A DNA stretch of 64,000 bases from Candidatus Micrarchaeota archaeon (GTDB taxonomy: Archaea; Micrarchaeota; Micrarchaeia; Micrarchaeales; CABMGC01), in NCBI GenBank assembly GCA_021817125.1, contig JAKAWC010000001.1, positions 12,327-76,326 of the forward strand, given 5' to 3'. The notes beneath the pieces are model-generated. The model searched no databases. It had not been told where the DNA came from and worked only from the letters and a program-made list of their open reading frames with translations. The position numbers were made by a program, and so were the translations under genes. The stretch's first letter is position 1. Each line of letters starts with the position of its first letter. This document shows, piece by piece, positions 37,898-47,701 of this stretch.

Positions 37898-38470
37898 ATG
37901 ATAGACGAGATTGGCGACCTGGAGGGACTAGATATAATGGATGTTGCGACAGGGGTGGGCACTACCGCGCTGATGCTGGCGAAGAGATGCAGGAGCTGCA
38001 GAGTGGTCGGCCTTGGGTTCGAGGATGCGAGGCTAGACATCGCAAAAGAGAGAAGCAGGGGGGTGAAGAACTTGGAGTACGTGAAGGCAGACATGGACTA
38101 TTTCGGCACCTCAACGGGAAGATTTGACGTGGCGGTATCGTCATTCACCATAGGAAACTTCAACGATCCAATAAAGGCGATAGGGGAGATGCACAGGATC
38201 CTGAAGCAGGGCGGCAGGCTATTCCTGCTGGATATAAACAAGCCCCACAACAGAGTGCTCAACAGCCTGTGGGCGATGAACTACGCGCTCAAGGTCAACC
38301 CGCTGCTTAGCGCAGGTGTGCAGAAGGAAGCCACCTACTTCGATATCAGGAGAATCCGGGTCGACCGCGACAACCTGGTCGAGATACTCAAGGGCAGCGG
38401 ATTCAATGTAAAGAGGGTCAGGAGCCTCAGCTTCGGAACCGCATTCGTGATAACTGCGGAGAAGATTTAG
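37898..38470 (+). CDS. UbiE/MenG-like class I SAM methyltransferase, possibly 5'-degenerate
   Basis: MDVATGVG, FDVAVSSF, EMHRILKQGG; homology (GGFDRLWRK) extends upstream of the first in-frame ATG. Confidence 0.7.
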   Translation: MIDEIGDLEGLDIMDVATGVGTTALMLAKRCRSCRVVGLGFEDARLDIAKERSRGVKNLEYVKADMDYFGTSTGRFDVAVSSFTIGNFNDPIKAIGEMHRILKQGGRLFLLDINKPHNRVLNSLWAMNYALKVNPLLSAGVQKEATYFDIRRIRVDRDNLVEILKGSGFNVKRVRSLSFGTAFVITAEKI

Positions 38471-39300
38471 GCGGGCACGAATGCCATGCTCGCATATGCG
38501 ACGACGGACTTGTAATCCCCGGTCTCCTCGCCCGAATTTCCGTACTTGAGCAGTACCCCTTTCCTTGCGCCGTGGTCGAAGCCGAACAGCGCAGACACCG
38601 CCATCGGGCCGTACCCGCATGCAGAGTCGTGGCTCTTCTTTATCAGCTCGTGGAACTGCTTTGCCTCTAGTCTCTCGATGGCGCGAAGCGCTGGCATATC
38701 CTTCGACCCCGCAGTCTCGGCGGACTCGTAGTGGTTCATGTCGGAGCTGGCGATTACGGTGACATTCCTCTTGAGCTTTTGTTCCGCCTTTCCTATCGCC
38801 ATCGCCAATTCGTAGCTCAGATCATAGGACTGCCTGCCCATGCATATGAATACGCACCTCGGGGATGCGACGACACTCTGGAGGAATGGCAGCTGCACCT
38901 CGATGGAGTGCTCCTCCATGTGTGCCTCTTCGTCAGCGGTTATCGACGGCGACGCGCTTATAATCTGGTTCGCGAGCTCTGCGTCGTTCTTTACTATGCC
39001 GAGAGGAGTGCGCCAGTCTTGCTTCGATACTGCGATGGGCTCGCCCATCCCCGTGTGGTTTGGTCCGATTATCACATATGTGTCTATCTTTCTCGCCTTG
39101 GACTGGAGTGCAACAGCATTGTAGGCGTACGCTGCTATGGCACCGGAGTAGTTGTATCCCGCGTGCGGCGCGACGAACGATATCGCGTCCTTCAGCTGCT
39201 CACTCACTTTCGCCCTGGCGAGCATTGCCTCTACCTGCCCGCTCAAGACCTCCTTATCTGCAGGATAGAATGCGTCTGCGACTGCGGCTCCGCGTATCAT
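38467..39300 (-). CDS. MEMO1-family protein (AmmeMemoRadiSam protein B)
   Basis: FYP, PHAGYNYSG, GPNHTG, EHSIEVQLPFLQ, SSDMNHY, CGYGP, VVAYAS. Confidence 0.93.
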   Translation of the reverse strand: MIRGAAVADAFYPADKEVLSGQVEAMLARAKVSEQLKDAISFVAPHAGYNYSGAIAAYAYNAVALQSKARKIDTYVIIGPNHTGMGEPIAVSKQDWRTPLGIVKNDAELANQIISASPSITADEEAHMEEHSIEVQLPFLQSVVASPRCVFICMGRQSYDLSYELAMAIGKAEQKLKRNVTVIASSDMNHYESAETAGSKDMPALRAIERLEAKQFHELIKKSHDSACGYGPMAVSALFGFDHGARKGVLLKYGNSGEETGDYKSVVAYASMAFVPA

Positions 39301-39336
39301 CCGCTCACTTTTTAGTATTGCCTTCAGCTTTATTTA

Positions 39337-39999
39337 ATGATTCCCTTGGACGAGTACACCACAAAGGTAATGAAAAGGCTGTACGGCAGGTACAGCAACC
39401 AGCTTACGACAGCGCTGGATCATGTGAACATGACGGAGCTGTTTGTTGCCGTGCTGCTCTCGCCGCAGTCCAACGACAATCAGACTAACAGAGTGACCGA
39501 GAGGCTCTTCACGAAGTACAAGACGTTTGAGGACTACGCGAACGCGGACCTCAACGCGCTGAGAAAGGACATGAGCGGAATGAACTATTACAAGACAAAG
39601 GCGAAGCACCTCCGCCTGGCTGCCCGGATGATACTCGACAGGTTCGGCGGAGAGGTGCCGCGGACACTCGCGGAGCTGATGGAGCTCCCGGGGGTCGGCA
39701 GAAAGGTGGCCAATGTTGTGCAGAACGAGGGCTACAACCTGGATGAGGGCATTGCAGTTGACACGCACGCCGCGCGCACATCGCGGCGCCTACGCCTGAG
39801 CAGGCGGAAAGACCCGGTCAAGATAGAGCAGGATCTGATGAGGAGAATAGATAAGACATGGTGGCGCAACTCGTCAAACCTGCTCATCGCGCTTGGCAGG
39901 GACACGTGCAAGGCGAGGAAGAAGGAGTGCTACAGGTGCGTACTCAGGGACATCTGTCCAAGCAGCGAAGCGAGTGCGGGAAAAGAGAAAGGGATTTAG
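39337..39999 (+). CDS. nth: endonuclease III
   Basis: LLSPQS.D, LPGVGRKVANV (HhH), AVDTH, C-x6-C-x2-C-x5-C 4Fe-4S motif. Confidence 0.95.
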   Translation: MIPLDEYTTKVMKRLYGRYSNQLTTALDHVNMTELFVAVLLSPQSNDNQTNRVTERLFTKYKTFEDYANADLNALRKDMSGMNYYKTKAKHLRLAARMILDRFGGEVPRTLAELMELPGVGRKVANVVQNEGYNLDEGIAVDTHAARTSRRLRLSRRKDPVKIEQDLMRRIDKTWWRNSSNLLIALGRDTCKARKKECYRCVLRDICPSSEASAGKEKGI

Positions 40000-40847
40000 G
40001 ATTCCTCTCCGGGCTTCTGCTTATGCTGCGGCTTCCGCTGCTGCGTTTTGAGTCGCTTTGCCTGAACGGGGTGCATCTTTGGGAGATTGACCCCAGGCGG
40101 TCTCGTGTTCTTCCTATAATTATAGTATATCCCGGCAAGGATTATCACCAGGACCACGACTACTGCTGCCACGCCAGCCCAGTTGCCACCCTGGCTGATG
40201 TTGCTTATCTGCACCGTGGGATATGTGACTACGGTGTACGCAGTGGATACCGGCACTTTCAGGAAGAAGCCGAGCACGGTCTTGCCGGACACAGGAACAT
40301 TGAGCGAACATGCGCCCAGGTTCGCAGTCACATTGGATTGGGGTGCCCATGCGCCGCCCACTACAATCGCAGGATAGATAAGCAGCTCGGATATGGAGCA
40401 TGGATACGCATAGGTAAGGTTTGCCGTTACGTGTGCCTTTGTGGTTATTGATGTGTTGAACACTGCAAGCTGCTCGTAGCCGGCTACCATCGACGGCAAG
40501 CCTGTGCCTTCAGTATAATTCGCGATCATGACATTTATCGCCTGCGGGTATGTTGAGTTGGTGAATATCCTCAACGTGGCGTTTGCATTTGGTATTGCTA
40601 TGATGACAGGAGAGTTGGCCGCGATGTTTGTGGTCTCGGAGATCATCGTATGTGTCTGCTTCACGGCGGTTATCGCTGTTATCGGCACCGTGGTGCTCGA
40701 TATGGTCACCGGCGCTATCGTGAAGAGAAGCGTTGTCGTGCACCCAAAGTTGTTGCAGTTCTGCGAGTATGCTACCCCGACCTGGTTGAAGGCGAGCATC
40801 ACCGTCGCCGCAAGAAGCGCTAACAGCAGTAGAACCTTCCCTCTCAT
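39996..40847 (-). CDS. secreted surface protein with a C-terminal TM anchor
   Basis: Signal peptide, many NxT/S sequons, GGNW + TM + basic tail. Confidence 0.75.
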   Translation of the reverse strand: MRGKVLLLLALLAATVMLAFNQVGVAYSQNCNNFGCTTTLLFTIAPVTISSTTVPITAITAVKQTHTMISETTNIAANSPVIIAIPNANATLRIFTNSTYPQAINVMIANYTEGTGLPSMVAGYEQLAVFNTSITTKAHVTANLTYAYPCSISELLIYPAIVVGGAWAPQSNVTANLGACSLNVPVSGKTVLGFFLKVPVSTAYTVVTYPTVQISNISQGGNWAGVAAVVVVLVIILAGIYYNYRKNTRPPGVNLPKMHPVQAKRLKTQQRKPQHKQKPGEES

Positions 40848-41000
40848 CTTCGGATCGCCTATTACCCTTACCAAGAACTCAAAAGTTTAAATAGCTTCAC
40901 ACGCTTCGCTTGCGCAACGATAACAGCGTTTTGGATTGTGCACTAGCTTTAAATGCTTTTCACAGCATAGTTAAGCTGGTTTTACAGACCCGGAGTTTTT

Positions 41001-41294
41001 ATGGCAAGACCGATTGCACAGACGTTGATGCCGGAGTCTACGGCACGGCAGCCGGCTGCTGCATCCGCGGCAGCTATGGAGATATACTCATGCGCTAAAA
41101 GAGAATGCACCGTGCAGACGCCAACGCCCGAAGAGATGGTGCGCCACCTTTGGCACGAGCACGGCATAAGCACAACGCCCGCGTGGGTCCGGAGCCACTT
41201 CCTAACGAGCGCATTTAAGGATGCGAGACGAGACAAGCAGCGGGACCCCGCACAGGAGGCTGGGGACAGGCTCGGTTGGGGCATAGAACGCTAA
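41001..41294 (+). CDS. small C2H2 zinc-finger-like protein
   Basis: C-x4-C-x12-H-x4-H (CAKRECTVQTPTPEEMVRHLWHEH). Confidence 0.55.
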   Translation: MARPIAQTLMPESTARQPAAASAAAMEIYSCAKRECTVQTPTPEEMVRHLWHEHGISTTPAWVRSHFLTSAFKDARRDKQRDPAQEAGDRLGWGIER

Positions 41295-41351
41295 TATTAT
41301 AAACTTGTAATCTTGAGTATAAATGGGCTATCGAAAAGAGATAGGGTGAGT

Positions 41352-41678
41352 ATGATGTCCGATATTGATTCTATTAAGGGGGTTCAGGACGCCGAAGCCA
41401 GGGCTAAGCACATCATTGAGCAGGCGGAGAAGGAGAGGAACGAGAAGCTTGTGGATGCGGATAGCCAGGCCAAGGCGATAATGGAGAAGGCGGATGCTGC
41501 TGCCAAGGAAATGAAGGAGAAGGGGCTCAAGCACGTCACCGACGAGCTGGCCAAGGACAGGACGAAAAGGCTCGAAACCGCGAAGGCGATGGTCGCCAGG
41601 ATAAAGAAGACCGATGTCAGCGCGGCAAAACTGAAGCATATCATCGAGCAGGCTGTCAAGCAGATTATGGGTGCCTAG
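41352..41678 (+). CDS. atpH: A/V-type ATP synthase subunit H (peripheral stalk)
   Basis: Charged coiled coil (AE.RA..IIEQAE) heading the operon. Confidence 0.8.
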   Translation: MMSDIDSIKGVQDAEARAKHIIEQAEKERNEKLVDADSQAKAIMEKADAAAKEMKEKGLKHVTDELAKDRTKRLETAKAMVARIKKTDVSAAKLKHIIEQAVKQIMGA

Positions 41679-43578
41679 TGTGGTTCTAAGCACGGAGAAA
41701 ATGCAAAAGGTTAGAATTATCGGTCTGCACTCCGATAGGGAGAGCATAGTCATTACGCTCCATAAGATAGGTGTCATCGACCTGAGAAAGTCCGCGCTCC
41801 AGCTGAGCGACGCACAGCAGGCATCCAACTTCACGGAGCTTTCCGACATGCTGATCAAGGTCAACGGCGCCCTCCAAGCGCTCGAACCCAGGCCGGTGAA
41901 GGTGGCAAGGCACCTGAAGCTCGAGCAGCTGATGGGCGAGCTCAAGCACATGCACTCGCTCGACAGAGTCTACGAGATAATAGGGGAGAGGAGGCTGATT
42001 CATGACGACGAGGAACTGCTCTCGCAGGCGTACCATGTCGCAACAGCATTCAACGGCATAGACATGGATTTCTCAGCGATGCGGTCGAATGCTCTCTGGT
42101 TCAGGGCGTTCGAGGCGGACAAGAAGGGAGTCTCCGAGTTCAACGCCGCAATAGAGAAGCATAGCCGGGGGAAGGGAGGTTTCAGGAGGTCTGACGTCCA
42201 GACGATAGTCAAACCCATCCCCGGAAAGAAGAGGATGTGGCTCATATTCGTCGCCTACAGGAAGGGAGCGAACGTCGATGACGCGCTGAAGGAGGTCAAG
42301 CTGAACGAGCTTGATGTGACCGCGAAGTACCTGGATGCGAAGCCTGCCGAGGTCCTTAATCGGATCAGGGCAAGGCGTGCATCGAACGCAAAGAGAATCC
42401 ACGAGCTTGAGAAGGAACTGACCCAGATCAACAACCACATTTACTCCGGACTTGCAGTCGCGAAGGAGGCACTCGAGATAGAGCTCTCGAGGGCAGGGAT
42501 AAGCACCATATTCAAAAAGACAGACTCGGCGTTCATCGTCGAGGGATGGATCCCCGCAAAGAGGATGCAGGACCTCAGGCACGCACTGCAGAAGACCACG
42601 AGCGGGCGCTTCCAGCTGGATGAATTGCATGTCGACCACCATGAGGAGCTTGCGCCAACGCTCGTGAACCGGCCGGGATTCCTCAGGCCGTTCGACTTCC
42701 TTATGGAGTTCCTCTCGGTCCCGCGAAGCGACGAGATAGACCCGACCTGGATATTCATAATAACGTTCCCGATATTCTACGGGCTGATGGTCACTGACGT
42801 AGGCTATGGGTTTGCATCTCTGCTGTTCTCGACATGGATAACGAAGAAGACGGACCCCGAGGGGCTCATGTGCAATGCCGCAAAGATATGGCAGCTGTCA
42901 TCGGTCTCCGCGATGCTCTTCGGCTTCCTCTCAAACCAGTACTTCGGTTTCCAACTCAATCAGTACTTTACGACATTCACTGGATTCGACTGGCTGAAGG
43001 ACGCCACAGTATTGATAGGGATAACAATACTGTTCGGCATACTGCAGGTTGTCCTTGGACTCGCATTCGGTGCGGTAAACACGTGGAAGCACGGCGAGAA
43101 GAAACTGTCCGTCAGCAAGGTTACTTCGATACTTACGGTGGTTTTCGGGACCCTTGCGGTGGCTGGCGGCTTCTTCGCACTGGTCCCGATGAATATCGCG
43201 CTTGTCAGCGCGGGGATTGCGATAGTCTCGCTCGTATTGACAGGAGCACTCAGCGGCATAGAGGCTGCGGAGATAACAAACCTGATAACGCACCCACTCA
43301 GCTATGCCAGGATTATGGGCTTCGGACTCAGCAGTGTCATAATCGCCCTTCTCATAGACCAGGGTTTCACCCCGCACCTGTCGCAGGGGATACCGCTATT
43401 TATAGTTTATCTTGTAATATTCATTGGCCTCCACTTCATGAACATGGTCCTCGGCATATTCGAAGGACTTATACAAGGTGTGAGACTTAACGTCGTTGAG
43501 TTCTTCTCCAAGTTCTACAAGGGAGGAGGAGTGAAGTTCAGGCCGTTCTCGTACAAGCGAGTTTATACTGAAGAATAA
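41671..43578 (+). CDS. atpI: A/V-type ATP synthase subunit I
   Basis: MQKVRIIG, EGWIP, DPT, FYGLMVTDVGYG, LSYARIMG, QGVRLNVVEFFSKFY.GGG. Confidence 0.95.
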   Translation: MPSVVLSTEKMQKVRIIGLHSDRESIVITLHKIGVIDLRKSALQLSDAQQASNFTELSDMLIKVNGALQALEPRPVKVARHLKLEQLMGELKHMHSLDRVYEIIGERRLIHDDEELLSQAYHVATAFNGIDMDFSAMRSNALWFRAFEADKKGVSEFNAAIEKHSRGKGGFRRSDVQTIVKPIPGKKRMWLIFVAYRKGANVDDALKEVKLNELDVTAKYLDAKPAEVLNRIRARRASNAKRIHELEKELTQINNHIYSGLAVAKEALEIELSRAGISTIFKKTDSAFIVEGWIPAKRMQDLRHALQKTTSGRFQLDELHVDHHEELAPTLVNRPGFLRPFDFLMEFLSVPRSDEIDPTWIFIITFPIFYGLMVTDVGYGFASLLFSTWITKKTDPEGLMCNAAKIWQLSSVSAMLFGFLSNQYFGFQLNQYFTTFTGFDWLKDATVLIGITILFGILQVVLGLAFGAVNTWKHGEKKLSVSKVTSILTVVFGTLAVAGGFFALVPMNIALVSAGIAIVSLVLTGALSGIEAAEITNLITHPLSYARIMGFGLSSVIIALLIDQGFTPHLSQGIPLFIVYLVIFIGLHFMNMVLGIFEGLIQGVRLNVVEFFSKFYKGGGVKFRPFSYKRVYTEE

Positions 43579-43592
43579 AATATGGTGAAAAG

Positions 43593-43829
43593 ATGGTAAT
43601 AACTCTAGAGTCTGCAGTCGCAGCAATCGGAGCCGGAATCGCAATAGCAGGAGGAGCAATCGGAACAGGAGTAGCACAGTCTGCAATCGGAAGCGCGGGA
43701 CTTGGTCTCGTCGCGGAGAAACCAGACGAAATGGGAAGAGTACTTCTCTTCTTGGTGCTTCCGGAAACCTTGCTCATATTCGGTTTCGTAGTCGCGATAC
43801 TCATAATGTTGCAGGCAGGGATAGTATAA
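43593..43829 (+). CDS. atpK: A/V-type ATP synthase subunit K (c, single hairpin)
   Basis: Gly/Ala-rich helix, AEKP loop, LPETL with the catalytic Glu. Confidence 0.95.
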   Translation: MVITLESAVAAIGAGIAIAGGAIGTGVAQSAIGSAGLGLVAEKPDEMGRVLLFLVLPETLLIFGFVVAILIMLQAGIV

Positions 43830-43839
43830 AGGTGGAGCG

Positions 43840-44502
43840 ATGCCGCTCGAAGAGATACGAAAGGACATAGAGGCTACTGCGCACGCCGATGCGGAGCGCA
43901 TGAAGAAGGAGGCCGACTCGGATGCGAAGATGAGGATCCGAAACGCCGAGGAGAAGGCCGGTGCGACCGCAGCTGAGGCAGAGGCCTGGACAAAGTCTGA
44001 GACCGAGAGGCTCAGGAAGGAGCACGAGGCCTCGCTGGAGATCGAGACGCACAACATGATGCTCGAGGCCATGGACGAAGTGGTCAGGCACCATGTCAAG
44101 TCGGTGAAGAAGCAGATTGCGAAGAGAGTAGAGGAGGAGCACATGCGCGAGATACTGAAAGCCGCGCTCGCGAAGTTCGCCGAATCGGTGCCGATCCATG
44201 AGGTCACCCTGACCACGGGCAGGGCGAACGCCAAGCTCATAGATTCAATAAAACCCAAGTGCGAAGTAAGGTACGGCAATGTCGACGGAACCACACTGCG
44301 CTCTAAGGATGGAAGGATCGCGCTAGAGCTGAACGCCGAGACGATGGTCGACTCCCAGGAGGACGAGATAAAGGGGATTATGACCGCAACGCTTTTCGCC
44401 GGGCAGAAGGAGGCGAAGCACAAGGAGGCTGCACCGAAGGTTAAGACCGCGAAGAAGCCGGCCAAGGCGAAGAAGGCCGTGGGAAAGAGACGGGTGAGAT
44501 GA
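43840..44502 (+). CDS. atpE: A/V-type ATP synthase subunit E
   Basis: MPLEEI..I, coiled coil, G..L.S.DG.I; operon position. Confidence 0.85.
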   Translation: MPLEEIRKDIEATAHADAERMKKEADSDAKMRIRNAEEKAGATAAEAEAWTKSETERLRKEHEASLEIETHNMMLEAMDEVVRHHVKSVKKQIAKRVEEEHMREILKAALAKFAESVPIHEVTLTTGRANAKLIDSIKPKCEVRYGNVDGTTLRSKDGRIALELNAETMVDSQEDEIKGIMTATLFAGQKEAKHKEAAPKVKTAKKPAKAKKAVGKRRVR

Positions 44503-44503
44503 C

Positions 44504-45574
44504 TTGCTAGCAGGCTACAGCGCCGCAAACGTGTATGGATACTCCAGCGCCAGAGTCAAGGCCATGGAGGCGAGGCTTCTCGACAAGACTACGATGCAGA
44601 GCATAATCAACGCGAAGGACGTCAGCTCTATACTGGCGATACTGTTCCAGAGCGATTACAGGAAGAGCATAAGCGAGTTCGGCGGGCTCCAGATAAAGAA
44701 CGAGATGGTGGACTTTGCGCTCTCGAAGAACCTGGCCGAGAATGTCGGCAAGCTTGTCACGATAACCCCCACGACCCAGAGGAAACTGACCCGCGCGCTG
44801 GTCGGGAAATGGGACCTCTACAACGTGAGGCTCGCACTCGAGGCGAAGGACAGGAAGCTGAGCTACGCCGCGATCGCCCCGCAGATAATAGACCACGGGC
44901 CATACAACTCGGCATTCGTAAAAGAGGTGCTGCGTGAGGAGACGGTGGAGGGAGTGCTGGCTAAGTTCATGATCAACTCGCCTTACGCGGCAATACTGCA
45001 GGCAGCGCTCGACACTTACAGGAAAACGAGGAACATGCCTGAGACGCTCGCGAAGATAGACGAGATGTACTACCAGGCGCTCGAGAACGTCATACTCGCA
45101 CTGAAGAACCTGCACTATGAGTCATCGATGGTGCTGAAGATGGACATAGACATGAAGAACCTGCTCCTCCTGCTTAGGGCGAAGAAGTACGGGACAAAGT
45201 TCGGCGACATCTCTGACGCACTGATAGAGCGCGGCAGCCTGGACAGGAAGGCGCTGGAGCAGATGTACAACGGCTCCGGCGATGTCGAATCGTTCATAGC
45301 GCAGGTGAAGAATTTCGACCTCAAGGAGGCGCTCTCCGTGTACAGGGGAAGCAAGTCCAAGCACCTGATAGCGTTCGAGATAGGCATGCGGAACAGCATA
45401 TTCAACACTGCGCTCAGGCTGCTCAAGCACAGCATACTCAGTTACGGCACGATAGTTGCATACATCTACCTTAAGGAGATAGAGATATTCACGCTCAGGA
45501 TACTGATAAAGTCAAAGTTCTACGGGCTCTCAAAGGAGGAGCTCTCAAGGCTGTTGATATGGAAAGCAGAATGA
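44504..45574 (+). CDS. atpC: A/V-type ATP synthase subunit C
   Basis: YSSARVKAMEARLL, KWDLYN, IDMKN, YLKEIE. Confidence 0.92.
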   Translation: MLAGYSAANVYGYSSARVKAMEARLLDKTTMQSIINAKDVSSILAILFQSDYRKSISEFGGLQIKNEMVDFALSKNLAENVGKLVTITPTTQRKLTRALVGKWDLYNVRLALEAKDRKLSYAAIAPQIIDHGPYNSAFVKEVLREETVEGVLAKFMINSPYAAILQAALDTYRKTRNMPETLAKIDEMYYQALENVILALKNLHYESSMVLKMDIDMKNLLLLLRAKKYGTKFGDISDALIERGSLDRKALEQMYNGSGDVESFIAQVKNFDLKEALSVYRGSKSKHLIAFEIGMRNSIFNTALRLLKHSILSYGTIVAYIYLKEIEIFTLRILIKSKFYGLSKEELSRLLIWKAE

Positions 45575-45909
45575 ACAAGCAGAGCTTCAAGATCGCCGTC
45601 ATAGGCAGCGACCTGATGTCGCTAGGCTTCAAGCTGGCTGGCGTCACGAAATCTTACGTCCCGCAGAACGGGCAGGAAGCGGAGACGCTGATGCGGGAGC
45701 TCATGCAGAAGGAGGATGTCGGAATTATAGTCATCACTACGAAAACGGTAAAGTCGATAAGGGACAGGAGGCTCCAGGAAGCGATAACCAGCAGCATAAT
45801 GCCGCTCATAGTCGAGGTTCCTGACTACAATGACCAGAGCCAGCAGAGCGACACGCTCAGAAAGCTTATCATCCGTGCGATAGGGATTGACATTGAGAAA
45901 AACGCTTAG
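45571..45909 (+). CDS. atpF: A/V-type ATP synthase subunit F
   Basis: KIAVIG...GFKLAGV, VGIIVI, PLIVEVP, IRAIGID. Confidence 0.93.
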   Translation: MNKQSFKIAVIGSDLMSLGFKLAGVTKSYVPQNGQEAETLMRELMQKEDVGIIVITTKTVKSIRDRRLQEAITSSIMPLIVEVPDYNDQSQQSDTLRKLIIRAIGIDIEKNA

Positions 45910-45918
45910 GTGAGATGA

Positions 45919-47697
45919 ATGGGAATAACTGAGAAGGTCTCCGGACCGCTCGTAATCGCCACAGGCATGCTTGGAACCAAGATGTACGACGTGGTGCGTG
46001 TAGGCAAGAACAAGCTTATCGGTGAGATAATCCAGCTCAAGGGCGAACGCGCAATTATCCAGGTCTACGAAGACACGTCCGGATTGCGGCCGGGAGAGGA
46101 GGTGGAGAGCACAGGCGCGCAGCTCTCGGTGGAGCTCGGACCGGGCCTGCTCGGCCAGATATACGACGGCATCCAGAGACCCCTTGAGATACTTGAGAAG
46201 AAGAGCGGAGCGTTCATAGCGAAGGGGATAATCGCCGACCCGCTGGACAAGAAGAAGAAATGGCACTTCATCGCTGAGAAGAAGAAGGGTGCGCGCGTAT
46301 CTGGGGGAGACATCCTGGGATACGTACAGGAGACCCAGATGATAAAGCACTACGTCATGGTGCCGTTCGGCGTAGAAGGAGAGCTGAAGTCGCTGCAGAG
46401 CGGAAACTTCACGCTCGAGGACGTTATCGGCAAAGTCGAGATGCACGGAAAGGCAGTTGACCTAACAATGCTTCAGAGGAGGGCCGTCAGGAAAGCAGGC
46501 CAGTTCAAGAGGAAGTTCAGGGCAGAGGAGCCACTGATCACCGGGCAGAGGGTTATAGATACGCTCTTCCCCGTAGCCAAGGGAGGCACGGCGGCGATTC
46601 CTGGACCCTTCGGGAGCGGGAAGACGGTGATGCAGCATAGCCTTGCGAAGTACTCGGACAGCGAGATAGTGGTTTACGTGGGCTGCGGAGAGCGCGGCAA
46701 CGAGATGACCGAGGTGCTTACCGAGTTCCCTGAGCTGCTCGACCCCAGGACGGGAAGGCCGCTCGTGGAGAGGACTGTGCTCGTGGCGAACACGTCGAAC
46801 ATGCCGGTAGCCGCGAGAGAGGCCAGCATCTACACGGGGATAACGATAGCAGAGTACTTCAGGGACATGGGATACAACGTCTCCATCATGGCAGACTCTA
46901 CATCAAGATGGGCCGAGGCTATGAGGGAGATGTCCGCAAGACTCGAAGAGATGCCAGGAGAGGAGGCGTACCCAGCATACCTGCCTAAGAGGCTCGCAGA
47001 GTACTATGAGCGAAGCGGAAAGGTAGAGAGCTTCAGCGGGAAAGTAGGCTCGATTACGATAGTCGGAGCGGTGTCTCCGCCAGGAGGAGACATATCGGAG
47101 CCTGTGTCGCAGGGAACGCTCAGGGTGGTCAAGACCTTCTGGGCGCTTGACGCAGCGCTCGCCGGAGCAAAGCACTTCCCGGCGATCAACTGGCTCAATA
47201 GCTACTCGCTCTACATCACGATGCTCAACCCGTGGTACCTGAAGAACATGGGTGAAGCGTACATCGAGAACAGGACCTACGCGATGTCCATGCTCCAGAG
47301 GGAAGCGGAGCTCAAGGATATCGTGCAGCTGGTCGGAGCTGACGCGCTGCCCGATGCCGAGCGGGTCATCCTCGTGATAGGTGGCATGCTCAGGGAGGAC
47401 TACCTCAGGCAGAGTGCATTCGACGAGATCGACGCTTCAAGCAGCATCAAGAAGCAGGCAATCATGCTCAGCGTCATGACGCACTTCGCAAGAAAGTCCC
47501 AGGAGGCGGTGGCAAAGGGCGTCTCTGTTGAGAGGATTGCTGCTACGAAGGTCAGAACAGACATCTCCAGGATGAAGGACATAAAGGAGAAGGAGATTGA
47601 CGGTACAGAGAAGAAGTTCAAGGATGAGATTGACAAGGAGCTTGACGCTCTGGCCAGGGAGCAAGAGACCACACAGGTCGAGGAGGCAAAGGCGTGA
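45919..47697 (+). CDS. atpA: A/V-type ATP synthase subunit A
   Basis: [40 protein letters not shown]; no intein. Confidence 0.97.
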   Translation: MGITEKVSGPLVIATGMLGTKMYDVVRVGKNKLIGEIIQLKGERAIIQVYEDTSGLRPGEEVESTGAQLSVELGPGLLGQIYDGIQRPLEILEKKSGAFIAKGIIADPLDKKKKWHFIAEKKKGARVSGGDILGYVQETQMIKHYVMVPFGVEGELKSLQSGNFTLEDVIGKVEMHGKAVDLTMLQRRAVRKAGQFKRKFRAEEPLITGQRVIDTLFPVAKGGTAAIPGPFGSGKTVMQHSLAKYSDSEIVVYVGCGERGNEMTEVLTEFPELLDPRTGRPLVERTVLVANTSNMPVAAREASIYTGITIAEYFRDMGYNVSIMADSTSRWAEAMREMSARLEEMPGEEAYPAYLPKRLAEYYERSGKVESFSGKVGSITIVGAVSPPGGDISEPVSQGTLRVVKTFWALDAALAGAKHFPAINWLNSYSLYITMLNPWYLKNMGEAYIENRTYAMSMLQREAELKDIVQLVGADALPDAERVILVIGGMLREDYLRQSAFDEIDASSSIKKQAIMLSVMTHFARKSQEAVAKGVSVERIAATKVRTDISRMKDIKEKEIDGTEKKFKDEIDKELDALAREQETTQVEEAKA

Positions 47698-47701
47698 TAA
47701 A

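Noticed and set aside
43610..43700. GCAATCGGA-like short repeats
   Set aside because: Explained by Ala/Ile/Gly codons in the ATP synthase c-subunit helix.
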